Positions 1 to 10,294 of a stretch of 50,662 nt of DNA are shown piece after piece. Below the pieces are notes generated by a model that worked only from the letters and a program-made list of their open reading frames with translations, was not told the DNA's origin and did no database searches. A program made the translations under genes and the position numbers. The first letter of the stretch is position 1. Each line of letters opens with the position of its first letter. This DNA is from Pseudomonadota bacterium (GTDB lineage Bacteria > Pseudomonadota > Gammaproteobacteria > Burkholderiales > Burkholderiaceae_C). The DNA is taken from positions 1 to 50,662 of the forward strand of contig JAKAFC010000001.1 in NCBI GenBank assembly GCA_021818065.1, in the 5' to 3' direction.

Positions 1-15
1 CTCGTTCGATTGCGT

Positions 16-705
16 TCACCGCACGATGGCGATGCGCTGGTGCAGGCGTTTGACGCCTTGCGACAGCAGGAAACTGAGCACGAAATACACCACGGCGACG
101 AGGGTGTACATCTCCACCACCCGGCTGTCGCGCTGGGCAATTTTCATGGCGGCACCGACAAAGTCGGTGACATTCAGCAGAGCCACCAGCGACACGTCCT
201 GGAACAGCACGATGGTCTGCGTCAGCAGCACCGGCAGCATGTTGCGCAGCGCCTGCGGCAGGATGACCAGGCGCATGGATTGGGCGTAGGTGAGGCCCAG
301 CGCGTACGCCGCGCCCAGTTGCCCCTTGGGAATGCTTTGAATGCCGGCCCGCACGATTTCGGCGAAGTACGCCGCCTCGAACAGGATGAAGGTGAAGTAG
401 GCCGAACGCTCGGCACCGATCTTGGGCGGATAGTCGGCCCCGGTCAGTGACTGCAGCATCACCGGCACAAGGAAGTAGAACCAGAAAATCACCAGCAGCA
501 GCGGAATGGAGCGCATCAGGTTGATGTAGCCCGCCGCCAACATGGACAGCCACTTCAGATGGGACAGCCGCGCCAGCGCCAGCAGAATGCCCAGCAGCGT
601 GCCGCCGATGGCGGCCACCACCGTGAGTTGAATGGTGTACGCCAACCCCTTGAGCAGAAAGGGCAGGACCGAGACGATGGAGGAAAAGTCGAAGCCGCCC
701 ATCAC
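16..705 (-). CDS. gltK: Glutamate/aspartate-type polar amino acid ABC transporter permease
   Basis: HisM-family permease with EAA loop (FEAAYFAEIVRAGIQSIPKGQ); follows second permease and binding protein. Confidence 0.85.
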   Translation of the reverse strand: MMGGFDFSSIVSVLPFLLKGLAYTIQLTVVAAIGGTLLGILLALARLSHLKWLSMLAAGYINLMRSIPLLLVIFWFYFLVPVMLQSLTGADYPPKIGAERSAYFTFILFEAAYFAEIVRAGIQSIPKGQLGAAYALGLTYAQSMRLVILPQALRNMLPVLLTQTIVLFQDVSLVALLNVTDFVGAAMKIAQRDSRVVEMYTLVAVVYFVLSFLLSQGVKRLHQRIAIVR

Positions 706-1430
706 TTGCCTCCGCCCATGTAGCCCGGCACCGCCGTGGCACGCTCCACCCAGGCCATGATGCGGTTGATGGAAAACGCCACGGCAACATACAGCACCGT
801 GGCGGCGCCGAACGCGGCGAAGTAGCGGAAGGTCATCTCGCCCATCTCGCGGGTGCGAAAGAACAGCTCGGTCAGGCCGATGGAGTAGGCCACTGCCGAG
901 TTCTTCACCAGGTTCATCGACTCGGAGGTCAGCGGCGGGATGATGATGCGATACGCCATGGGCAGCAGCACATAGCGATAGGTCTGCAACGGCGTGAGCC
1001 CCAGCGCCAGCCCCGCCATCATCTGCCCACGCGGCAACGACTGGATGCCCGACTTCACCTGTTCGGCAATGCGCGCGGCGGTAAACAGGCCCAGACAGAC
1101 GATGGCCGTGAGGATCTGAAACGTGCCCGGATCGACCGCGTTGGCGAAGCGCTTGAGGGGTGGAATCACGCTGGGCAGCACGAAGTACCAGAGAAAGAAT
1201 TGCACCAGCAGCGGAATGTTGCGGAACAACTCCACATAGGCATTGCCGAGTGTCACCCAGACGCGGCTTTTGGTGGTGCGCACCACGCCCAGCACCGAGC
1301 CCAGCGCCATGGCGATGAGCCAGGCGCAGACCACCAGCACGATGGTGTATTCCAGGCCGGACAGCAGCGACATGCCCCAGGTGGTGTCACCGTCAGGCGT
1401 GTCTTCCAGAAAAATCCCTAAACCCAGCAT
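702..1430 (-). CDS. gltJ: Polar amino acid ABC transporter permease
   Basis: YVELFRNIPLLVQ and AEQVKSGIQSLPRGQ motifs; start moved to ATG 1430 (MLGLGIF) after GGAG RBS; 4-bp overlap with gltK. Confidence 0.85.
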   Translation of the reverse strand: MLGLGIFLEDTPDGDTTWGMSLLSGLEYTIVLVVCAWLIAMALGSVLGVVRTTKSRVWVTLGNAYVELFRNIPLLVQFFLWYFVLPSVIPPLKRFANAVDPGTFQILTAIVCLGLFTAARIAEQVKSGIQSLPRGQMMAGLALGLTPLQTYRYVLLPMAYRIIIPPLTSESMNLVKNSAVAYSIGLTELFFRTREMGEMTFRYFAAFGAATVLYVAVAFSINRIMAWVERATAVPGYMGGGK

Positions 1431-1464
1431 GTCAGTCTCCGCGCGAAGCGCCTTGCGGGCATGG

Positions 1465-1490
1465 AAAAAAGCCGGCAGAACTGCCGGCTT
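1465..1490 (-). terminator. Intrinsic terminator/attenuator between binding-protein and permease genes
   Basis: Minus strand AAGCCGGCAG-TT-CTGCCGGCTTTTTT. Confidence 0.75.
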
Positions 1491-1514
1491 CGATCGCAGC
1501 ACCCATCGCTCTGC

Positions 1515-2408
1515 TTATTCGACACCCTTGTCGTTGGGGTGGGCGAAAGCTTCCTTGATGGCCGGTGTTTCCGGGAAGTTGAGGTTGATGCCCTTGGGCG
1601 GAATCGGGCTGGTGAACCACTTGGCGTAGATCTTGTTGATCTCGCCCGACTTCATCACACCATCGATGGTCTTGTCCACCAGCGCCTTGAACTGCGGGTC
1701 GTCCTTGCGCAGCATCATGCTGTAGGGTTCGCTGCGCAGCGAGCCGGGGAGGATTTTGTAGGCGCCCGGATCCTTGGAGTTGGCGATCTGCCCGGCCAGC
1801 AGGATGTCGTCCATCACGAACGCGCTGGCGCGGCCGTCGGCCATCAGCAGGAAGCTCTCGGCGTGATCCTTGCCGTAGATTTCCTTGAAGTCGGCGTCTT
1901 CAGCCTTGGCGTATTTTTTCAGCAGCGGCACCGAGGTGGTGCCCGACGTGGTGACGATGGTCTTGCCCTTGAGCTGGTCGAAGTTGTTGATGCCCGAGTC
2001 CTTCTTCACAGCGGCGGTGACGTTGATGACAAAGTAGGTCGGGCCGAACGCCACCTGCTTTTGCCGGGCCACCGAATTGGTGGTGGAGCCGCACTCCAGA
2101 TCGATGGTGCCGTTTTCCAGCAACGGAATACGGTTGCTCGACGTCACCGGCGCGTAGTTGATCTTCAGGTTGGGCATGTTCAGGTCGGCCTTGACGGCAT
2201 CGACCACCTTGCCGCAGAGCTCCATGGCGTAGCCAATGGGCTTGCCGTTGTTGTCGAGGTAGGAGAACGGAATCGACGATTCGCGGTAGCCGACGGTGAT
2301 GCTGCCGGTGTCTTTGACCTTCTTGAGCGTGCCGGTCAACTCGGCCGCCTGCACACTCGACAACGCCGCAACGGCCAGAACCGACAGGGCGAACAGCTTT
2401 TTGATCAT
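1515..2408 (-). CDS. gltI: Glutamate/aspartate ABC transporter substrate-binding protein
   Basis: Signal peptide; GYRESSIPFSY, NRIPLLENGTIDLECGSTTN motifs typical of GltI. Confidence 0.9.
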   Translation of the reverse strand: MIKKLFALSVLAVAALSSVQAAELTGTLKKVKDTGSITVGYRESSIPFSYLDNNGKPIGYAMELCGKVVDAVKADLNMPNLKINYAPVTSSNRIPLLENGTIDLECGSTTNSVARQKQVAFGPTYFVINVTAAVKKDSGINNFDQLKGKTIVTTSGTTSVPLLKKYAKAEDADFKEIYGKDHAESFLLMADGRASAFVMDDILLAGQIANSKDPGAYKILPGSLRSEPYSMMLRKDDPQFKALVDKTIDGVMKSGEINKIYAKWFTSPIPPKGINLNFPETPAIKEAFAHPNDKGVE

Positions 2409-2506
2409 GAGAATCTCCGTGGAATGGATGATTTTGTGAACGAACCGGAGAAGTGTAACCGGCAGTCACAAATCCGCAATAGGTGGTTGCAAACTCCATT
2501 CCAGCA

Positions 2507-4351
2507 TCAGGCGCGCGCTTCCTCCGCTGCGTGGTGCGCCGCCGATTCCTGCTGCAAGGCCCACATGCGGGCGTAGACCCCGCCGCCGTGCAGCAACTCG
2601 GCATGGGTGCCGCGCTCGACCACGCGGCCGTGCTCCATCACCAGAATCTGGTGCGCGTCGACCACGGTGGACAGCCGATGCGCAATCACCAAGGCAGTGC
2701 GGTTGCGCGACGCGGCGCGGATTTCGCTCTGAATCGCCTTTTCGTTGTGCGAATCGAGTTGCGAGGTGGCCTCGTCGAAGATCAGGATGGGCGGGTTTTT
2801 CAGCAGCGCCCGGGCTATCGCCACCCGCTGCTTCTCACCGCCGGAGAGCTTGAGCCCGCGCTCGCCCACCTGCGTGTCGTAGCCCTGCGGCGTGGCGGCG
2901 ATGAAGGCGTGGATGTGCGCGGCGCGCGCCACGGCCTGCACCTCGGCGGCCGAGGCGCCGGGCCGACCGTAGGCGATGTTGTAGCCGATGGTGTCGTTGA
3001 ACAGCACGGTGTCCTGCGGCACGATGCCGATGGCCTGGCGCACACTGGCCTGCGTCACCTGAGCGATGTCTTGGCCGTCGATCAGAATGCGGCCCGACTG
3101 CGGCGCATAGAAGCGAAACAACAGCCGCGCCAGCGTCGACTTGCCGGCACCCGACGGCCCGACGATGGCCACCGTCTGCCCGGCAGGCACGACAAAGTCG
3201 AGGCCGTCGAGGATGAGCCGATCGGGGCTGTAACCAAACCGCACGTTGTCGAAGCGCACTTCGCCACGCGCCACCTGCAAGGCCGGCGCCTGCGGCATGT
3301 CCTGGATCTCCTGATGCTCGTGCAGGATGGTGAACATGCGCTCCAGGTCGGTGGTGGCCTGGCGGATCTCGCGGTAAATCACCCCGAGGAAATTCAGCGG
3401 CACATAGAGCTGCAGCATGAAGGCGTTGACCAGCACCAGGTCGCCCAGGTTCATGCTGCCATCGACCACGCCCACGGTGGCGCGCCAGACCAGCAGCGTC
3501 ACTGCTGTGGCAATGATCAGACTCTGCCCCAGGTTGAGCAGCGACAGCGAGTTCTGCGACTTGATCGCCGCGCGCATCCAGTTCGCCAGGTTGTCGTCGT
3601 AGCGCCTGGATTCCAGCGCCTCGTTGCCGAACATCTTGACCGTCTCGTAATTCAGCAGCGCATCGATGGCGCGCTGGTTGGCGCGCGAATCCTGCGTGTT
3701 CATCTCGCGGCGCAGATGGGTGCGCCATTCGGTGACGGTGACGGTGAACACCACATAGGCCGCCAGCGCCGCCAGGGCGATGGCGGCAAACCAGATGTCG
3801 TACTTCACCAGAAGGATGCCGATGACCAGCGCCATTTCCACCAGCGTGGGCAGAATGCTGTAGAGGGTGTAGGACACCAGACTGGAAATCGCCCGGGTAC
3901 CGCGCTCCATGTCGCGCGACATGCCCCCGGTCTGCCGCTCCAGGTGGTAGCGCATGCTCAGGCTGAACAGGTGATCGAACACCTGCAGCGCGATCTTGCG
4001 CACCGCCCCCTGCGTCACCCGCGAAAAGACGATTTCGCGCAGCTCGGTAAACAGCGACACGCTCAGCCGCAGCAGTCCGTAGGCCACCAGCAGCGCCACC
4101 GGCACCACCAGCACCGTGCGCGGATCGCCCGGCTTGAGATCGAGCGCGTTGACAATGTCCTTGAGGACGATGGGGACGCCGACGTTGGCCACCTTGGCAG
4201 CGATCATCATGGCCAGGGCCAGCAGCACCCGGGTGCGGTACTCCCACAGATACGGCCAAAGCGAAGAGACCACGGCCCAGCCCGAGCGCTGCGGGCTGGC
4301 AGGCGAAGCCGCTGGCGGCTCCGGCGTGGCTGAAGGCGAACGGGGGTGCAT
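2507..4351 (-). CDS. ABCB/ATM1-type fused permease-ATPase exporter
   Basis: TM domain with YHLERQTGG and LLNYETVKMF; Walker A GPSGAGKST, LSGGEKQR signature; start uncertain. Confidence 0.9.
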   Translation of the reverse strand: MHPRSPSATPEPPAASPASPQRSGWAVVSSLWPYLWEYRTRVLLALAMMIAAKVANVGVPIVLKDIVNALDLKPGDPRTVLVVPVALLVAYGLLRLSVSLFTELREIVFSRVTQGAVRKIALQVFDHLFSLSMRYHLERQTGGMSRDMERGTRAISSLVSYTLYSILPTLVEMALVIGILLVKYDIWFAAIALAALAAYVVFTVTVTEWRTHLRREMNTQDSRANQRAIDALLNYETVKMFGNEALESRRYDDNLANWMRAAIKSQNSLSLLNLGQSLIIATAVTLLVWRATVGVVDGSMNLGDLVLVNAFMLQLYVPLNFLGVIYREIRQATTDLERMFTILHEHQEIQDMPQAPALQVARGEVRFDNVRFGYSPDRLILDGLDFVVPAGQTVAIVGPSGAGKSTLARLLFRFYAPQSGRILIDGQDIAQVTQASVRQAIGIVPQDTVLFNDTIGYNIAYGRPGASAAEVQAVARAAHIHAFIAATPQGYDTQVGERGLKLSGGEKQRVAIARALLKNPPILIFDEATSQLDSHNEKAIQSEIRAASRNRTALVIAHRLSTVVDAHQILVMEHGRVVERGTHAELLHGGGVYARMWALQQESAAHHAAEEARA

Positions 4352-4546
4352 GCGAGATGGGTGGAGCGAGAATGGGCGAGGAGCGGGGCGGCTGCATCAT
4401 GCCGCGCGTGCCACGACGCGGGGCGGGAACACCGGCACGGGCTGGGACGGCGCCGGAATCGAGACCTCCACAGCGTGCCAACACCGACCGCGCTCTTAAA
4501 ATGCCTGCATTATCGGCGCCTTGACGGCGCCTTGCCCGGAGCGCTC

Positions 4547-4933
4547 ATGACCCCTCAACTCCCCGATCGCGCACCCACGCTGCGCACCCAGGCCCGGCCG
4601 GCCGACGTCAACATGCACGGTGACATCTTCGGCGGCTGGATCATGGCGCAGGTGGACATCGCCGGCGGCATCACCGCGGCGTGGCGCGCCAAGGGCCGCG
4701 TGGCCACGGTGGCCGTCAAGGAATTTCTGTTCAAGCAACCGGTGCTGGTGGGTGACGTGCTGTCGTTCTTCACCGAGATCGACCATGTGGGCACCACCTC
4801 CATCACCGTGCGCGTGGAAGTGTATGCCCAGCGCACCCCGTCGAACGTTGAGGTCATCAAGGTCACCGATGCCCTGCTGACTTATGTCGCCGTTGGCGCC
4901 GACCGTCGCCCGCGGCCCGTCGATCAGCCCTGA
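4547..4933 (+). CDS. Acyl-CoA thioesterase (YciA-like hotdog fold)
   Basis: PADVNMHGDIFGGWIMAQVD motif; ATG 4547 after GGAG. Confidence 0.9.
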   Translation: MTPQLPDRAPTLRTQARPADVNMHGDIFGGWIMAQVDIAGGITAAWRAKGRVATVAVKEFLFKQPVLVGDVLSFFTEIDHVGTTSITVRVEVYAQRTPSNVEVIKVTDALLTYVAVGADRRPRPVDQP

Positions 4934-4944
4934 TGCATCCCTCA

Positions 4945-4982
4945 CCAACGACAAAGCCGCCCGAAGGCGGCTCTGTCGTTGG
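4945..4982. terminator. Hairpin between convergent genes, probable bidirectional terminator
   Basis: CCAACGACAAAGCCGCC-CGAA-GGCGGCTCTGTCGTTGG, 17-bp stem with one mismatch. Confidence 0.75.
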
Positions 4983-5004
4983 GTTCAAACTGGAGCGAAA
5001 GGGC

Positions 5005-5613
5005 TTACTTGCTCTCGCCCTCGGCGGCGGCAGCGCCCTCTTCACCCACGCCACCCGGCGGCGGGCTGACCGTGACCACGGCGGGATTGTCCACCCCGTG
5101 CGTCAGTACGCTCACGCCCTTGGGCAGTTTCAGGTCGTTGACGTGCACGCTCTGATGCAGCGTGAGGTTGCTGAGGTCGACGGCGATGAACTCGGGCAGG
5201 TCGGCCGGCAGGCAGGACACTTCCACTTCGTTCATCACATGGTTGACCATGCCGTGGCTGAGCTTGACGGCGGGAGAGTTTTCCGCGCCGGTGAAGTGCA
5301 GCGGCACCTTCATCGAAATCTTGTGACCGGCATCGACGCGCTGGAAGTCGATGTGCAGCACCAACTGCTTGTAGGGGTGCATCTGGTAGTCACGCAGCAG
5401 CACCTGGCTGGTCTTGCCGGCAACTTCCATCTCCAGGACGGAGGAATGGAACTGTTCTTTTTTCAGCGCGTGAAACAGCGCGTTGTGATCGAGCTCGATC
5501 ATCTGCGGTGCTTGCTCACCGCCATAAATGATGCCCGGGGTCTTCCCGGCACGACGCAGGCGGCGGCTCGCACCAGTGCCCTGCAAACTCCGTTCGAATG
5601 CGACGACTTTCAT
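5005..5613 (-). CDS. rplY: 50S ribosomal protein L25/general stress protein Ctc
   Basis: [26 protein letters not shown]; ATG 5613 with CAGGAG RBS; downstream of prs. Confidence 0.95.
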   Translation of the reverse strand: MKVVAFERSLQGTGASRRLRRAGKTPGIIYGGEQAPQMIELDHNALFHALKKEQFHSSVLEMEVAGKTSQVLLRDYQMHPYKQLVLHIDFQRVDAGHKISMKVPLHFTGAENSPAVKLSHGMVNHVMNEVEVSCLPADLPEFIAVDLSNLTLHQSVHVNDLKLPKGVSVLTHGVDNPAVVTVSPPPGGVGEEGAAAAEGESK

Positions 5614-5649
5614 GTCGACTCCTGAAAATGGGGCCATGCCCCGTGGTAA

Positions 5650-5672
5650 GCGGCGCCTGCGACCAGCGCCGT
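5650..5672 (-). promoter_or_regulatory. Possible rplY leader hairpin
   Basis: Minus strand ACGGCGCTGGTCGCAGGCGCCGC stem-loop about 40 nt upstream of rplY. Confidence 0.4.
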
Positions 5673-5717
5673 GACAACCTGCCGACATCTGACAACAGAC
5701 ATCGACAGGCAAAACAC

Positions 5718-6689
5718 TTAGAACAGGGTTTCCTGTTCGTTGAATAGTTGCAGCACCGAGCCGCCGTAGGCAATGCGCTGGATGGTCTGCGCAATGAGCG
5801 AGGCTGCGGAGAGCTGGCGGATCTTGCCGCATTCGCGCGCCTCCTGGCGCAGCGGAATGGTGTTGGTGACCACCAGTTCGTCGATAGCGCTGTTTTGCAG
5901 GCGCTGAATCGCCGGGCCGGACAGCACCGGGTGCGTGCAATACGCCATCACGCGCTTGGCGCCGCGCGTCTTGAGCACCTCGGCTGCCTTGGTCAGCGTG
6001 CCGGCGGTGTCGACCATGTCGTCCATGATGATGCAGTTGCGGCCTTCGATCTCGCCGATGACGTTCATCACTTCCGAGACATTGGGCTTGGGACGACGCT
6101 TGTCGATGATGGCCAGATCGCAGTCCATCAGCTTGGCCAGCGCGCGGGCGCGCACCACGCCGCCGATGTCGGGCGACACGACAATGAGGTCGGTGTAATT
6201 TTTTTCGCGCAAATCGCTCAGCAGAATGGGCGAGGCGTAGATGTTGTCCACCGGAATATCGAAAAAGCCCTGCACCTGATCGGCGTGCAGGTCCATGGTG
6301 ACCACCCGTGCGACCCCGGCAGCCTGCAACACGTTGGCCACCACCTTGGCGGTGATGGGCACGCGGGCCGAGCGCGGACGACGATCTTGGCGCGCGTAGC
6401 CGAAATAGGGGATGACCGCGGTGATGCGCTCGGCCGAGGCGCGCTTGAGCGCATCGACCATGATGAGCAATTCCATCAGGTTGTCATTGGTCGGCGCGCA
6501 GGTGGACTGGACGATGAACACCTCGCGCGCCCGGACGTTCTGTTGGATCTCGACCGTGACTTCACCGTCGGAGAAACGCCCGATATAGGCCTGGCCGAGG
6601 CCGATGCCGAGCTGTTCCGCAACTTCCTGGGCAAGCGCCGGATTGGCATTGCCGGTGAACAGGATGAAGTCCGCCGGGTTCGGTGTCAT
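5718..6689 (-). CDS. prs: Ribose-phosphate pyrophosphokinase
   Basis: [42 protein letters not shown]. Confidence 0.97.
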   Translation of the reverse strand: MTPNPADFILFTGNANPALAQEVAEQLGIGLGQAYIGRFSDGEVTVEIQQNVRAREVFIVQSTCAPTNDNLMELLIMVDALKRASAERITAVIPYFGYARQDRRPRSARVPITAKVVANVLQAAGVARVVTMDLHADQVQGFFDIPVDNIYASPILLSDLREKNYTDLIVVSPDIGGVVRARALAKLMDCDLAIIDKRRPKPNVSEVMNVIGEIEGRNCIIMDDMVDTAGTLTKAAEVLKTRGAKRVMAYCTHPVLSGPAIQRLQNSAIDELVVTNTIPLRQEARECGKIRQLSAASLIAQTIQRIAYGGSVLQLFNEQETLF

Positions 6690-6792
6690 GGTGGAATGTT
6701 GCGCGCTCGGAGCGCCTGAAATGCCTGGAGCTTTCGGCCCCGGCAAAGCCCGCGGTCTGCAGCGCCGCAGGCGGAACGCTTGTCAAAAATCG

Positions 6793-6869
6793 TGGCTGGG
6801 GAGGAAGGACTCGAACCCTCGCATGCCGGAATCAAAATCCGGTGCCTTAACCAACTTGGCGACTCCCCA
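6793..6869 (-). tRNA. tRNA-Gln (TTG)
   Basis: TGGGGAGTCGCCAAGTTGGTTAAGGCACCGGATTTTGATTCCGGCATGCGAGGGTTCGAGTCCTTCCTCCCCAGCCA; cloverleaf, encoded CCA; classic ispE-tRNA-Gln-prs position. Confidence 0.97.
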
Positions 6870-6940
6870 ACACCATTCGCCCAAGGCGAATGCAAAACCG
6901 TTTGCCGTTCTGCGTGGCACAAACGCTGCGCAGACCCGCA

Positions 6941-7867
6941 TTATGCTTGAATCCAATGCTGCAATGGATGCCGCGCCAGACCCTGGCATACCCTGCCCGT
7001 CCAGCCCGCAGGCAGCGCGCCCAGCGCATCGTGCGTCCCAACCACTGCGAACACCGCGCTGCCGGAGCCCGTCATGCGCGCCGCGAACCGGGGCTGCAGC
7101 TGCTGCAATTCACGCGCGGCCCAAGCCACGGCAGGCTCCAGCATTTCGGCACCGGCCTGCAGGTCGTTTCGACCCCACAAGCTTTGGCCGCACAAAACGC
7201 TACATGAAGCCGCGCCACCAGACTCGCCACCACCACACCCTTCGCCTTCAGCAGCAAAGACCGCAGCAAGCCATTCAGCAAAGCCTGCTATTTTTGCTTC
7301 GCCCTGCAGGGTTGTCAAGTCAAGGGTGGAAAACACCGCCTGGGTGGACAAGCCGCGTGCTGGATGCACCACAGCGAACCGCGGGGTCGGCAGATCGATG
7401 GCCTGCAAGTCCTCACCGATGCCCTGAGCCCAGGCGTTGCGGCCGAAGATGAAGACGGGGACATCGGCGCCCAGTTGCAGCGCGAGTTGCATCAAACGCG
7501 CACGCGACAGCCGCAGATTCCACAGGCGGTTCAGGCCGATGAGCACGGTGGCGGCATCCGAACTACCGCCGCCCAGACCGGCCTGCTGCGGAATGGTCTT
7601 ACGCAGGGTGATGTCCACGCCGAGCGTGCAGCCCGTGGCCTGCTGCAGGCTGCGCGTGGCACGCACGCAGAGGTCGTCCGCTGGCAGGTCGTCAGCACCG
7701 TGTCGGCAGATGACGCCGTCGTCCCGCACCACCAGGTCGATGCTGTCGCACCAGTCGATGAACTGGAACACGGTCTGCAGGGTGTGATAGCCGTCGGCCC
7801 GTCGGCCGGTGACGTGCAGAAACCAGTTGATCTTGGCCGGGGCCGGCAGATTGAACAGGGCGCGCAT
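6941..7867 (-). CDS. ispE: 4-diphosphocytidyl-2-C-methyl-D-erythritol kinase
   Basis: PAPAKINWFL, GYHTLQTVFQ, AGLGGGSSDAA, LGADVPVF, MTGSGS. Confidence 0.95.
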   Translation of the reverse strand: MRALFNLPAPAKINWFLHVTGRRADGYHTLQTVFQFIDWCDSIDLVVRDDGVICRHGADDLPADDLCVRATRSLQQATGCTLGVDITLRKTIPQQAGLGGGSSDAATVLIGLNRLWNLRLSRARLMQLALQLGADVPVFIFGRNAWAQGIGEDLQAIDLPTPRFAVVHPARGLSTQAVFSTLDLTTLQGEAKIAGFAEWLAAVFAAEGEGCGGGESGGAASCSVLCGQSLWGRNDLQAGAEMLEPAVAWAARELQQLQPRFAARMTGSGSAVFAVVGTHDALGALPAGWTGRVCQGLARHPLQHWIQA

Positions 7868-7905
7868 GGCGGGAGACTCGCGGCGGGGTGCCTGCTGCGT
7901 GCGGC

Positions 7906-8463
7906 TTAGGGCGTGGCCGACTCGATCACCATGCGCAATTCGGCAGGGTCGCCCTCCAGCCGCTGCGCCACCAGCCGCACGAGCCGCCCGTCGCGCATCG
8001 TTGGCTGCACCCGCCAGCCGAGTTGGGTGAAGCCGCCATCGGCATCGTGCTGCGCGGGCAGGGTCTGCGCCGGTCTGCCGCGCACCCAGTCCTGCAACGC
8101 CGCCTGCGGCAGCGCCACGCCCAGGGCGGCGCGGGTCATGGCGTCGAACGAGGGATAGGCGCGGGTCGCGCGGCCGTCGTCCAGGCTGGCCTCTCCTGGC
8201 TGCCAGCGCGCGCGCGCCAGCATCTGCCCGAGCGGCGAGAACACCTCGAACTCGCCGCCGGTCGCACCGTCGAGTTCCAGACGAAAGCCGCCGTACAGCG
8301 CCTTTTGCGCCTCGGGCTGGCCGCTGACCAGGGAGATGCGTCCGGCCAACTGCACGGTCTGAGTATCAGCGACGGTCGCTGGCGTCACCTGCGGCGTGGC
8401 GCACCCGGCAAGCGGCAACGCGGCCAGCGCCGCGAGGCTCAATGCAAGCAGGCGGCGGCGCAT
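7906..8463 (-). CDS. lolB: Outer-membrane lipoprotein insertase LolB
   Basis: Lipobox LAGC; GRISL, FSPLGQ, LQDWVRG; position between TPR gene and ispE. Confidence 0.8.
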   Translation of the reverse strand: MRRRLLALSLAALAALPLAGCATPQVTPATVADTQTVQLAGRISLVSGQPEAQKALYGGFRLELDGATGGEFEVFSPLGQMLARARWQPGEASLDDGRATRAYPSFDAMTRAALGVALPQAALQDWVRGRPAQTLPAQHDADGGFTQLGWRVQPTMRDGRLVRLVAQRLEGDPAELRMVIESATP

Positions 8464-10169
8464 CAGAAGGTGACGCCGAACTTGCGCAGCACCGCCTGCA
8501 CCACGGCATCGTGCGGCGCACGCTCGATGGCCTGACGCCAGATGGCCCGAGCCTTGTCATGCTGGCCAAGCTGCCACAGCACCTCGCCCAGGTGGGCGCC
8601 GATCTCGGGGTCGGGGCGGGCGTCGTAGGCCTGCTGCAGCAGGTCAAGCGCCTGGTCGTTGCGCCCCATCTTGTATTCCACCCAACCCAGGCTGTCGAGC
8701 ACGAAGGGATTGCCAGGCGACAGCTCCAGCGCGCGGGTCACCAGTTTGCGCGCCTCGGGCAGATTCTGACCGTGCTCGGCCAGGGTGTAACCCAGGGCGT
8801 TGTAGGCCGGCTGCGATTGCGGATCGACGGCGATGGCCTTGCGCAACATCTGCAGCATGGGCGCGAGATGACCGCTCTTGTCGGCCATCATCGCCGCCTC
8901 GTAGAGCAGATCGACATCGTCGGGCATCTGCTTCAGACCGGCCAACAAGACTTTGTAGGACGCGTCGAAGCGCCCGGCCTCGCGCAGCACCAGCGCCTGC
9001 GCCAGCACGCGCTGCTTGCGCTGCTCCGCCGTGTTCGCGGGCAGGGTCTCGACGAGCTTGAGCGCCTCGTTCACCTTGCCCTGCTGCACCAGAATGGCAG
9101 CGCGGCCCGAAAGCACGCCCGACTGATCCCCCCCGGTGGGGATGATCTGATCGAGCCAGCGGCTGGCCTGTTCGAAGTCGCCCAGCTTGCGCGACGCCTC
9201 GGACAACGCGAGGTAGGCTGAGGTGAGCACCGGCGGCTCGGGCTGCTGCCGCGCCAGACGCACATAGGTCTGCAGCGACACCAGGGCCTTGGCCGGAGCG
9301 CCGAATTCGGTCTGCAGGCTGCCGAGCAGCAGCCATGCCAAGGGCGGCGCGGACGGTTCGGCCACCACCTGCTGCAGCGCGCCCAGGGCGATACCGTCGC
9401 GCTGCTGCTGCATGGCGGCCTGCGCCCAGGCCAGACGCAGGCCGGTATCTGCCGGATTGGCGGCGGCGAACTTGCCCATCGCCGCGTCGGCCGCCTGCGG
9501 GTTGACGGTGTAGAGCTGCAGCAGCAAGGCCGCCGCTGGCGCCAGACCGGGCTCGGTTCGCAGGGCGTGCAGCGCATCGGCAAAACCGCCCTTCTGGTCA
9601 CCCGAGCGCGCCCGCAACACGCCCAGCACCACATCGGTCTGCGCAAACTGTTTCTGGTTGGCCAGCGCGGTGCGCATCATGGTCAGCGTCGCCGCAGGGT
9701 CGGTGGCCTGCGCGGCCAGCGGCAGCAGGTCGGTAATGGCCTGCGCCCGCTGCGGCTCGGGGGTGTTGGCCAAGTCTTGGGCGATCGTCGCCCCGGCTTC
9801 GGCGGTGCGGCCCAGCATCAGCTGCAGTTGCACCACCCACGAGCCCGCCTCGCGCGACTCGGGCATGGCACGCCGCCAGGCCTGCGCTGCCGCCAGCGCC
9901 TTGTCGGGGGCCCCGGCGCGCAGCGCGATTTCGGCGGCGCGGCGGTAGAGCGGCTCGGCGTCGAGATCCTTGGCCGCCTTGAGCAGTTCGGTGTAGGCCA
10001 CGCCGGGGTGACCGGTGTTGGCTGCGATCTCCCCGGCCAGCACGGCAAACACATGCCGCGCCGTATCCTCGGCGCTGAGCCGGGCCGTGGTCGGCGGCAC
10101 CTGAGCGGCCGCGGTAACGAAGGACAGCGCCGGAAACAGCAGGGCCGACACAACAACGGCAGCGCGCAT
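8463..10169 (-). CDS. Exported tetratricopeptide-repeat protein (lolB-ispE operon)
   Basis: Signal peptide MRAAVVVSALL from ATG 10169; C-terminal AYNALGYTLAE, LDSLGWVEY, EIGAHLGEVLW; longer ORF-track start runs through the repeat region and is rejected. Confidence 0.85.
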   Translation of the reverse strand: MRAAVVVSALLFPALSFVTAAAQVPPTTARLSAEDTARHVFAVLAGEIAANTGHPGVAYTELLKAAKDLDAEPLYRRAAEIALRAGAPDKALAAAQAWRRAMPESREAGSWVVQLQLMLGRTAEAGATIAQDLANTPEPQRAQAITDLLPLAAQATDPAATLTMMRTALANQKQFAQTDVVLGVLRARSGDQKGGFADALHALRTEPGLAPAAALLLQLYTVNPQAADAAMGKFAAANPADTGLRLAWAQAAMQQQRDGIALGALQQVVAEPSAPPLAWLLLGSLQTEFGAPAKALVSLQTYVRLARQQPEPPVLTSAYLALSEASRKLGDFEQASRWLDQIIPTGGDQSGVLSGRAAILVQQGKVNEALKLVETLPANTAEQRKQRVLAQALVLREAGRFDASYKVLLAGLKQMPDDVDLLYEAAMMADKSGHLAPMLQMLRKAIAVDPQSQPAYNALGYTLAEHGQNLPEARKLVTRALELSPGNPFVLDSLGWVEYKMGRNDQALDLLQQAYDARPDPEIGAHLGEVLWQLGQHDKARAIWRQAIERAPHDAVVQAVLRKFGVTF

Positions 10170-10294
10170 GGGAATCCTGAAAAGGGTCGAAGAGCAGGCT
10201 ATTGATTGTAGAAGTGCGCCGTTGTCCCTACGGCACAATGGCGGGATGAATCCGTGTGTTGCCTCGCCATCGCCACGCCCTTGCGGTTCGGCCC

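Noticed and set aside
1-19. Start of gltL overlapping the gltK stop (GTG AAC GCA ATC...)
   Set aside because: Too little sequence to support a call
2483-4484. Long overlapping ORFs (616 and 549 aa), representative of many others such as 11435-13645, 30697-32466 and 43409-45523
   Set aside because: Antisense or alternate-frame shadows of high-GC genes, no recognisable motifs
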